Below are positions 25,981 through 32,298 of a stretch of DNA of 32,298 nucleotides, piece after piece (positions within the stretch are counted from its first letter, which is position 1; the number at the start of each line of letters is the position of its first letter). The notes below the pieces were generated by a model. The model worked only from the letters and a program-made list of their open reading frames with translations, did not search any database and was not told where the DNA came from. A program made the translations under genes and the position numbers. Origin of the DNA: Gemmatimonadota bacterium (GTDB lineage: Bacteria; Gemmatimonadota; Gemmatimonadetes; JACCXV01; JAHWKZ01). The stretch spans positions 1 to 32,298 of the forward strand of contig JBHENR010000028.1 of NCBI GenBank assembly GCA_046262555.1. The letters are read 5' to 3'.

Positions 25981-27639
25981 ATGACACGCCGCCGCGCCAA
26001 CCTGTCGATACTCCTGGTGTCACTGCTGGCTGTTGCGGCCTGCAGCGGGAGTGGACCCAACGGCCCGCGGGACAGCAGCGGCACGCTCGTCATCGAGGTC
26101 GAGCGCCCCGACGGCACGCCGGTGGCCGGCGCCTCGATTCTGCTGATGCCCGGCGCGCGCGCCGCCACGACCAATGCCCAGGGCGAAGCCCGCCTCACCC
26201 AGGTGGCGGCCGGTGACTACATCATCACCACCCGGCTGGGCGGCGGGAATCCCACAAATACATCTGTAGCTTTCCGGGACCCGTTCCCGGCCGCGGTTCG
26301 CGTCACGCTGCGGTCCGGGCTCGAATCGATTCAGGTCCACTGGGACGGCCGCGCGGTCGCGTGGGGCGCACCCGAGCCGCTGACGGCCACCGTCAGCGGC
26401 GCGTCGGGCGGTGAGATCGTCTGGGTCTCGCTCGACGACCCGTTCCTCGGGCAGCCGACCGAGCTGGGCCGCGGCGCCGCCATCACGACGGCCGCGCTCC
26501 GCCCGGGCGCCACCCGTGTCGAAGCCCGCTACGTGGTGAGTGGAACAATCGTCGCGCGCGCCACGGTCGTCGTCACCGCGACCTACCGCCAGACCTGGAA
26601 CGTCACGCGGGAGGCGCTCGTCCCGTATCCGGACAACACCGTCGGCGACGTCTGGGTGCACGAGGACCACGCCCTGCTCGCGCGCCGCGGCGCGGGGGGC
26701 ATCTCCATCATCCAGTTGAATGGCGCGATCGGTGAGGTCGGCCGGTTCGGCGAAGGGATGGGCCTCTTCACGCAGGACATCGTCGCCAGTGCCAACGACA
26801 TCGCCTACGTGGCCAACGAGCGGAGGGAGCTGCCCTTCTCGGTCTACCTCGTGGACATCGCCAGTCCCGGCGCCCCGCGACAGGTGGGAGTCGTTCCCAC
26901 GTCGATCGCGTCCACGGCGCACACCGTCTGGCATGATAACGGCGTACTCTACGTCGCGTCCCCATTCGTCTCGCAGGCGATACACCTGTTCGACGTGGCG
27001 GATCCGGCCGCGCCCCGGGAGCTCGGTCGCGTGAACGCCACCCGCGGCAACGCCCACGACACCTACGCCCGCGACGGGGTGATGTACGGTGCGTACCTGC
27101 CGCTATCCGCCGGTACCCAGGGCGAGCTGGTGATCGCCAACGTCACGAATCCCGCCGCCCCCGCGCCGCGCTCGTTCACCACCTATCCCGGCGCCTTCAC
27201 CCACTCCGCCTGGCTGACGGTGGACGGGAGGTACCTCTATCTGGCGGACGAGACGATCAACGCGCCGATCCGGATCTACGACGTGGCCAACCCGGCGCAG
27301 CCGGTGCTGGCCGGCACCTATCGGTCCCGCCTCGGCGCCGTCCCGCATCACTTCCAGGTGCTGAACGGCACCCGCGCCTACCTCACCAACTACAAGCACG
27401 GCGTCGAGGTGCTCGACATCTCGAACCCGGTGACGCCGCGGCTGATCGGCTTCTTCGACACGCTGGAGGGGATTCAAGCGGATTTCCAGGAGGACGGGCC
27501 GGCGGGCGGGCTGGTGCCGGCCGACGAGAAGGGATTCCATCAGTATCAGGGCGCTTGGGGCGTCCACTGGACGAGCGACGGCCGGTTCGTCGTCAGCGAC
27601 ATGCAGACCGGCCTGCACGTCCTGCGCTTTACGCCCTAG
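25981..27639 (+). CDS. Lipoprotein with an N-terminal CarboxypepD_reg-like domain and LVIVD-type beta-propeller repeats
   Basis: Signal/lipobox: LLVSLLAVAAC. Recurrent repeats of the type VYLVDIASPGAP, IHLFDVADPAAP, LVIANVTNPAAP, IRIYDVANPAQP and VEVLDISNPVTP. The internal ATG at 25981 is preferred over the track start at 25906. Confidence 0.75.
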   Translation: MTRRRANLSILLVSLLAVAACSGSGPNGPRDSSGTLVIEVERPDGTPVAGASILLMPGARAATTNAQGEARLTQVAAGDYIITTRLGGGNPTNTSVAFRDPFPAAVRVTLRSGLESIQVHWDGRAVAWGAPEPLTATVSGASGGEIVWVSLDDPFLGQPTELGRGAAITTAALRPGATRVEARYVVSGTIVARATVVVTATYRQTWNVTREALVPYPDNTVGDVWVHEDHALLARRGAGGISIIQLNGAIGEVGRFGEGMGLFTQDIVASANDIAYVANERRELPFSVYLVDIASPGAPRQVGVVPTSIASTAHTVWHDNGVLYVASPFVSQAIHLFDVADPAAPRELGRVNATRGNAHDTYARDGVMYGAYLPLSAGTQGELVIANVTNPAAPAPRSFTTYPGAFTHSAWLTVDGRYLYLADETINAPIRIYDVANPAQPVLAGTYRSRLGAVPHHFQVLNGTRAYLTNYKHGVEVLDISNPVTPRLIGFFDTLEGIQADFQEDGPAGGLVPADEKGFHQYQGAWGVHWTSDGRFVVSDMQTGLHVLRFTP

Positions 27640-28982
27640 CTCTCCGGCGGGCTCGCCGTGGCCGCGGTCAGCGCGATCCGGAGCCGGCTCACCCGCATCC
27701 CGTCCAGCGCCTCCACCGTCAGCCGGCAGCCCGGCGCCTCCACCCCGTCGCCCAGCTCGGGCCGCCGACCCAGCGCCCCGAACACATAGCCCCCGATCGT
27801 GTCGTACTCCGCCTCGTCGAGCGCCAGCCCGAAGTGCTCGTTGACGTCCTGGATGAGGAGCAGGCCGTCGATGAACGCCTCGCCCTCCGCGCCGGCCTCG
27901 ATGGCCGGCAGGCCGGCCTCCTTTTCGCTGCGCACCGCCCCGACGATTCGCTCCAGCAGGTCGCGAAGGGTGACGATCCCCGCCGTGCCGCCGAACTCAT
28001 CGATCAGCACCAGCATGTGGCGCCGGCTCGACTGCATCGCCGCCAGCAGCCGGAAGACGCGCACCGACTCGGGCAGGATGATCGGCGGGCTCAGGATCGG
28101 ACGCAGGTCGATCGCGTCGCCGGCGTCCAGCAACAGCGGCGGCAGCTCCTTGACGTTGATGATGCCGATGAGGTTGTCGAGCGAGCCATCGAAGACCGGA
28201 TAGCGGGTGAAGCCATGGTCCGCCAGCGTCTTCCGCAACTCTTCCCGCGAGATGGCGAGCGGCAGCCCGATCACCTCGGTCCGCGGCACCATCACCTGGC
28301 CGGCGGTCAGGTCGGCGAACTCGAACACCCGGTAGATCATGTCCTCCTCTTCGGGCTCGAGGAGGCCGGCCTCCGTGCTCGCCGTCACGATCATCTTGAG
28401 CTCCTCCTCGGTGTGGGGCACATGGTGCCCCGCGGTCGTCGAGGCGAAGCCGAACGCGCGCACGATCAGGAGCGAGCTCTTGTTGAGCACGTAGATGAAC
28501 GGCTTGAAGAGGATCAGAAACCAGTGGGTCGGGAGCGCGATGAGGAGGCTGGTCTTCTCCGCCTTCTGAATCGCCATCGTCTTCGGCGCCTGCTCGCCGA
28601 AGACGATGTGGAGGCTCGTGATCACTGCGTAGGCGATGATGATGGCGACGGTGTGGGCGCTCAGCCAGGCCCAGCGGTCGGGCAGCCAGGCGAACATCGG
28701 CTCGAGCATCGCGGCCAGGGCGGGTTCGCCGATCCACCCCAGGGCGATCGACGCCATCGTGATGCCGAGCTGGGCCGCCGCAATGTAGGAGTCGATGTCA
28801 TCGAGGGCGCGGCGGACGTACTTGGCGAGCGGGCGGCCCTCGCGCACCAACTCGTCAATGCGCGTCCGGCGGACGGTGACGAGGGCAAACTCGCTGGCCA
28901 CGAAGAAGCCATTCGCCGCGACCAGGATCAGCACGGCCAGGAGGCGAATCGCGATGTCGACGCCGGATAGTTCGGGCTCCAC
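27636..28982 (-). CDS. CNNM/CorC/HlyC-family transporter (DUF21-CBS pair-CorC_HlyC)
   Basis: 448 aa. DUF21 region: LLAVLILVAANGFFVASEFALVTVRRTRIDEL...AAQLGITMASIALGWIGEPA. CBS region: MVPRTEVIGLP...GFTRYPVF. The C-terminal transporter-associated domain is IDGLLLIQDVNEHFGL...YDTIGGYVF. Confidence 0.9.
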   Translation of the reverse strand: MEPELSGVDIAIRLLAVLILVAANGFFVASEFALVTVRRTRIDELVREGRPLAKYVRRALDDIDSYIAAAQLGITMASIALGWIGEPALAAMLEPMFAWLPDRWAWLSAHTVAIIIAYAVITSLHIVFGEQAPKTMAIQKAEKTSLLIALPTHWFLILFKPFIYVLNKSSLLIVRAFGFASTTAGHHVPHTEEELKMIVTASTEAGLLEPEEEDMIYRVFEFADLTAGQVMVPRTEVIGLPLAISREELRKTLADHGFTRYPVFDGSLDNLIGIINVKELPPLLLDAGDAIDLRPILSPPIILPESVRVFRLLAAMQSSRRHMLVLIDEFGGTAGIVTLRDLLERIVGAVRSEKEAGLPAIEAGAEGEAFIDGLLLIQDVNEHFGLALDEAEYDTIGGYVFGALGRRPELGDGVEAPGCRLTVEALDGMRVSRLRIALTAATASPPES

Positions 28983-29061
28983 GGGGCGGGAAGCTACGTG
29001 AGGGGCGCGGGAAAATCATCCAGTCGGCGCAGTTGCAGTGTGGTGACCCACGACCGGATTC

Positions 29062-29091
29062 TTGCAAAAGGGGGCGATTGAATCCTATACT
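29062..29091 (+). promoter_or_regulatory. Candidate sigma70-type promoter TTGCAA-18 nt-TATACT
   Basis: TTGCAA at 29062-29067 and TATACT at 29086-29091, about 60 nt upstream of the ATG at 29152. This is a sequence match only. Confidence 0.35.
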
Positions 29092-29151
29092 GCAACCCAG
29101 CGGAGGTCCCTTGGGGGTGGCCCCGCTAAACGACGACTACAGGAGGACTCG

Positions 29152-29559
29152 ATGCGACCACACTGGGTAGCGCAATGGGCGGTGTGCCTGTTGATCGGAG
29201 GCGGGGCCTTGACCGTCACGGCAAACGTGAGTGAAGCACAAGAACCGCGGCCCGGCGCGGCGGCGGGAGTGAGATCGGCTGAGATACCGTCTTCTCCTGA
29301 TTTCCAGCAAATCGGCCGCGAGTTTCATACGCTGGCGTGGGACGTGGAGAATTTGCTCGGAAAACTCGCTGGGGATCGAGCCCTGCGCCGGAGACTCGAG
29401 GCGGCGGCAATATCAAAGGACTACCGTGCGGTGGAGGAAGTGCTTCGGGCCGCAGGCGTACCTGAGCAGAACGCAATCACGGTGCAGCCCGCCTCGCCTC
29501 CCGCAACCATCACGATAACGATCTGTTTGGGCAAAATCTGCGTGACAATCGTATTATAG
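29152..29559 (+). CDS. Secreted hypothetical protein with a Nif11-like helical domain and a Cys/Thr/Ile-rich C-terminal tail
   Basis: AGGAGG (29141-29146) lies 5 nt before the ATG. Signal-like N-terminus: MRPHWVAQWAVCLLIGGGALTVTANVSEA. The segment DVENLLGKLAGDRALRRRLEAAAISKDYRAVEEVLRAAGV fits the Nif11 N-terminal domain pattern as I remember it. The tail is ATITITICLGKICVTIVL (29503-29556). Confidence 0.6.
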   Translation: MRPHWVAQWAVCLLIGGGALTVTANVSEAQEPRPGAAAGVRSAEIPSSPDFQQIGREFHTLAWDVENLLGKLAGDRALRRRLEAAAISKDYRAVEEVLRAAGVPEQNAITVQPASPPATITITICLGKICVTIVL

Positions 29560-29654
29560 GGGGCCATCAAACTGCCCCCCCTCCCCGCAGGTGACGAGTC
29601 GCGCGCGCGCGGCTAGGGAGCCCGCGTACGCGAACCGAGGAGCTGCTCCGCCGG

Positions 29655-29882
29655 GTGGAGGGGCTTGACCCCGCCACGCTCGACGCCTGCCAGGCGGCCG
29701 GCTACGTGGTGCCCACCCGGCTGACTGGCGGTGACGATTCGCGCTGGTGGGCCGAACAGGACGTGAGCCGGCTGCGCGACATCCTGCGGTTCCGGCGGCA
29801 GGGGCTGGAGCTGGCGGCGGCCTACGAGCGGGCCCGTGAGGATCGCTTCTTCGGCCTGTGCCCGTGCGACTGGCGGAATTGA
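29655..29882 (+). CDS. Small MerR/CbpM-like HTH domain protein, start uncertain
   Basis: 75 aa from the GTG at 29655: GLDPATLDACQAAGYVVPTRLTGGDDSRWWAEQDVSRLRDILRFRRQGLELAAA. The frame is open from 29595, and the upstream in-frame residues TEELLRR look like helix 1. No ATG/GTG/TTG lies there. Confidence 0.5.
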   Translation: MEGLDPATLDACQAAGYVVPTRLTGGDDSRWWAEQDVSRLRDILRFRRQGLELAAAYERAREDRFFGLCPCDWRN

Positions 29883-29896
29883 AACGGGAGGTTCAG

Positions 29897-30118
29897 GTGC
29901 ACATCACGATCGAGTACTGCACTGTCTGAAGTTACGAGCCCAAGGCGACCAGTCTGGCCGCCCAACTGAAAAAGGCGTTGGCTGTTGTCACGGTGGAGCT
30001 GATCCCGAGCGGCGGCGGCGTGTTCGAGGTCATCGCCGACGGCAAGGTCGTGCATTCCAAGAGGAAGACGGGGGACTTTCCCGATGCGGAGGCGCTGGTG
30101 CGGAAGCTGAAGGGGTAG
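29897..30118 (+). CDS. selW: SelW-like (Rdx family) thioredoxin-fold protein with an in-frame TGA at 29927-29929, a probable selenocysteine (CxxU)
   Basis: The ORF track misses it because the TGA splits it. A GTG at 29897 is preceded by GGGAGG (29886-29891). An alternative TTG at 29879 overlaps the upstream stop as TTGA. Translation: VHITIEYCTV[TGA]SYEPKATSLAAQLKKALAVVTVELIPSGGGVFEVIADGKVVHSKRKTGDFPDAEALVRKLKG, then TAG 30116-30118. The IEYC-x-x-[C/U] motif after beta-1 and the GxFEV...SK...G-FPD signature are those of the Rdx family. Confidence 0.8.
29930..29967 (+). other. Candidate bacterial SECIS hairpin downstream of the in-frame UGA
   Basis: The upper stem pairs GGCGACC (29944-29950) with GGCCGCC (29956-29962), with one A.C mismatch. 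The loop AGUCU contains GU. The stem begins 14 nt after the UGA. A possible 4 bp lower stem pairs AGUU (29930-29933) with AACU (29964-29967). Folded by eye only. Confidence 0.4.
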
Positions 30119-30134
30119 AACCGGGCGGCAGTTC

Positions 30135-30398
30135 TTACGGCGTGGCGGGCGGCGCAGCCGGCTCCGCGTCGGGCAGATCGAGAAAGTCGCGGATGGCCCG
30201 CTCGAGCATCTCCTGGGCGCGCGAGTCGCTCAGGTCCAGCCGGTTCTCGTTGATCACCATCACCTGCATCTTCTTGCAGTCGTCCCAGCAGGTGGCGCAG
30301 ACCGTCTCCAGGATGACTTGGCCCAGCTCATCGTTGTAGGGGCGGCGTGCGAGTCCCTCGCGGACCTGCTTGCAGCGACGGCAGGTGACCTCAGCCAC
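30135..30398 (-). CDS. yggX: Fe(2+)-trafficking / oxidative-damage protection protein YggX
   Basis: 87 aa. VTCRRCKQVREGLARRPYNDELGQVILETVCATCWDDCKKMQVMVINENRLDLSDSRAQEMLERAIRDFL is collinear with E. coli YggX as I recall it. The GTG start overlaps the greA stop by 8 nt. Confidence 0.85.
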   Translation of the reverse strand: MAEVTCRRCKQVREGLARRPYNDELGQVILETVCATCWDDCKKMQVMVINENRLDLSDSRAQEMLERAIRDFLDLPDAEPAAPPATP

Positions 30399-30906
30399 GC
30401 TTCGGCTTCTTCTTCTTCCCGTTCGCCATCTGCTTCGACACGTGCTCCCCGTGCAGGGTGATGACCTCGATCACCGTGTAGTGCTCCTCGCCCCCGGGCG
30501 TATCGAGCGTGACGGAGTCGCCCGGCTTCCGGCCGAGCATGGCGCGGCCCACCGGCGAGGCGAGCGAGATCATGCGGTCGCCGAGATCGGTGAACTCCGG
30601 GAAGACCAGGCGCCACGTCTCGCGCTTGCCGTCGGCGTCCTCGAGCTCCAGCTCGGAGCCGAAGCCGGCCGCGTCGGTGGCCACGTCGCGCAGATCGATC
30701 CGGCTCAGCTCGCTCTGGCGGCGCATCAGCTGGCCGAGCCGGGCGCGCACGAACTCCTGCCGCTCGAGCGCCGAGGTGTATTCGGCGTTTTCGCTCAGGT
30801 CGCCCATCGCCACCGCTGTCGCGATCGCCTTGGGCAGGTCGATCCGCAGCTCGCGGTCGAACTCCGCGATCTGGGCCTCCAGCCGGGCCTTGAGTTCAGC
30901 GAGCAT
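30391..30906 (-). CDS. greA: Transcription elongation factor GreA
   Basis: 171 aa from the internal ATG of track ORF 30391..31575. It contains GDLSENAEYTSALERQEFVRARLGQL and the C-terminal FKBP-like domain ISLASPVGRAMLGRKPGDSVTLDTPGG, plus a Lys-rich tail. Confidence 0.9.
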   Translation of the reverse strand: MLAELKARLEAQIAEFDRELRIDLPKAIATAVAMGDLSENAEYTSALERQEFVRARLGQLMRRQSELSRIDLRDVATDAAGFGSELELEDADGKRETWRLVFPEFTDLGDRMISLASPVGRAMLGRKPGDSVTLDTPGGEEHYTVIEVITLHGEHVSKQMANGKKKKPKRG

Positions 30907-31065
30907 GTGCGGACACTCCCCTCGGAGGACGAAAAAACGCGGCTCCGGGAGGGCGCCGCGCAGGGACAACTTGTGCGTTGGCGAGGCGGGGCGCAAGGGC
31001 TGCACCTGCACTGCCTCCATCACGCTCGTTTGACGCCGCCCGCGCCGGGGGGACAGATTTTCGCT

Positions 31066-32094
31066 ATGATTGCGATCGGACCTCTGCTGCTGGAGCGGCC
31101 GCTGCTCTTGGCCCCGATGGAGGACGTCTCCGACCTGCCGTTCCGCGTCATGTGCCGGCGGCTGGGGGCGGACGTCGTCTACACCGAGTTCATCTCGTCG
31201 GAGGGGCTGATCCGCGACGCCCGCATCTGCCGCGAGAAGCTCCGGCTGGACGGCGAGGAGCATCCGGTGGGGATTCAGATCTTCGGCGCCTCGGTCGAGG
31301 TCATGGTGCAGGCGGCGCGGATCGCGGAAGAAGTCGGGCCAGACCTGATCGACATCAATATCGGCTGTCCGGTGAAGAGCGTCGCCTGCAGCGGCGCCGG
31401 CGCCGGGCTGCTCCGCGATCCGGCACTGATGGAGGCGATCGTGGCCGGCATCATCGAAGCGGTGGATCTGCCGGTGACGGTCAAGACCCGGCTCGGGTGG
31501 GACGCCGACTCGATCCGGATCATCGAGAACGCGCAGCTGTTTGAGCGGCTCGGCGCCCACGCGCTGGCGATTCACGCCCGGACCCGGGTGCAGCAGCGAA
31601 AGGGCCAGGCCGACTGGGCCTGGATCCGGCGGACGCGAGACGCGATCGGCATTCCCGTGTTCGGCAACGGCGACGTCCGCACGCCCGAGGACGCGCTCCG
31701 GATGGAGGAGCAGACCGGCGCCGACGGCATCATGATCGGCCGCGCGGCGGTCGCCAATCCGTGGATCTTCCTACAAACAAAGGCGTACCGCGAGACCGGC
31801 GTGATTCCGGCGATCGCGCCCGGGGCGCAATTCGGGGCGGCATTCGAACACTTCGCGCTATCGCTCGAGCACAAGGGCCCGCGGCGGGGCGTGATCGAGT
31901 TTCGCAAGCACTGGAAGGGGTACCTCCGCGATCTGCCGCTCTCCGGAGCGGTGCGGAGCGAGATGATGCAGTTCACCGAAGCCGCGCCGGTCGAGGACCG
32001 GCTCCTGGCGTATTCCGCCGAGCTGGGCGTCGCTCCCGACGGTCCGCGCGGCAATCACCCGTATGCGGCGGGCGCGGCATCGGCCGCCGCCTGA
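31066..32094 (+). CDS. dus: tRNA-dihydrouridine synthase
   Basis: 342 aa from the internal ATG of track ORF 30370..32094. It contains LLAPMEDVSDLPFRVMCRRLGADVVYTEFISS, DINIGCPVKSV, VTVKTRLGWD, AIHARTR and GNGDV. Confidence 0.9.
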   Translation: MIAIGPLLLERPLLLAPMEDVSDLPFRVMCRRLGADVVYTEFISSEGLIRDARICREKLRLDGEEHPVGIQIFGASVEVMVQAARIAEEVGPDLIDINIGCPVKSVACSGAGAGLLRDPALMEAIVAGIIEAVDLPVTVKTRLGWDADSIRIIENAQLFERLGAHALAIHARTRVQQRKGQADWAWIRRTRDAIGIPVFGNGDVRTPEDALRMEEQTGADGIMIGRAAVANPWIFLQTKAYRETGVIPAIAPGAQFGAAFEHFALSLEHKGPRRGVIEFRKHWKGYLRDLPLSGAVRSEMMQFTEAAPVEDRLLAYSAELGVAPDGPRGNHPYAAGAASAAA

Positions 32095-32112
32095 CCGGGA
32101 GGAGAGCGCTCC

Positions 32113-32298
32113 ATGGATAAGGGAAGGCGTCCCACCCATTCCACCGCGACCCCGTGGAGCCGGTGGGCGGCCGTGCTCGTCGGACTCGCGCTGGCGGGCG
32201 CGCTCGTCTGGTTCGTTGCCAGGCCCGGCGCCGACGATGCGGCCGAGGAGGCCGCCGCCGACGGGTTCGCGCCACAGCCGCTCGAGACCGGCGGACCC
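32113..32298 (+). CDS. Partial ORF, membrane-anchored hypothetical protein (runs off the right edge)
   Basis: An ATG at 32113 follows GGGAGGAGAG (32097-32106). Translation: MDKGRRPTHSTATPWSRWAAVLVGLALAGALVWFVARPG..., which contains one TM helix. It is not in the track because no stop falls in the window. Confidence 0.35.
   Translation, partial: MDKGRRPTHSTATPWSRWAAVLVGLALAGALVWFVARPGADDAAEEAAADGFAPQPLETGGP

Noticed and set aside
27636-27639. Convergent LVIVD-protein and CorC genes whose stop codons overlap (CTAG)
   Set aside because: The overlap is real, but it is an ordinary consequence of tight packing. No regulatory or structural element can be inferred from it.
29880-29966. Read-through of the MerR/CbpM-like ORF stop (TGA 29880-29882) as a second Sec codon
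   Set aside because: The read-through translation (NGRFRCTSRSSTALSEVTSPRRPVWPPN) has no protein-like features and is out of frame with the SelW-like gene. The TGA is a normal stop.

Overview
Visibly very GC-rich, gene-dense bacterial chromosomal segment (GC not computed). I support about 35 protein genes and see no rRNA, tRNA, CRISPR array, transposase or integrase. All protein calls rest on motifs and family resemblance recalled from memory, because no search could be run.

Gene order, left to right:
- lemA plus a DUF2207 membrane protein (minus strand).
- A visibly lower-GC islet carrying an XRE-HTH/Fic gene pair ('mobile mystery protein A/B'-like). It has a near-consensus promoter and GTAAG-N6-CTTAC operators.
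- A short DnaE2-like Pol III alpha subunit.
- AhpD-like, HAD and GDPD genes.
- A PAS protein with a degenerate GGDEF domain.
- A start/stop-overlapped operon: Dak2-DegV fusion, glutaredoxin, M24 peptidase, lipoprotein.
- A metzincin lipoprotein with Ig/BACON-like repeats (minus strand).
- A roughly 10 kb aromatic supraoperon: trpE-trpG-aroH-DAHP synthase-aroA-aroE-aroC-aroK/aroB fusion-aroQ-class III aminotransferase. It holds all seven shikimate steps. A textbook intrinsic terminator sits 17 nt before trpE, and I read it as a Trp attenuator.
- An LVIVD-repeat lipoprotein and a CorC/CNNM transporter.
- A second lower-GC patch with a Nif11-like secreted protein ending in a Cys/Thr/Ile-rich tail, a small MerR/CbpM-like ORF, and a SelW-like (Rdx) gene.
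- yggX-greA (minus strand), a dus gene, and a partial ORF at the right edge.

Best leads:
1. The SelW-like gene is interrupted by an in-frame TGA at the CxxU position. It is a probable selenoprotein, and the ORF track misses it.
2. The autoregulated HTH/Fic module.
3. The trp leader/attenuator controlling a complete shikimate operon.
4. The Nif11-like putative precursor.

Many long ORFs in the track are GC-shadow artefacts and were rejected.
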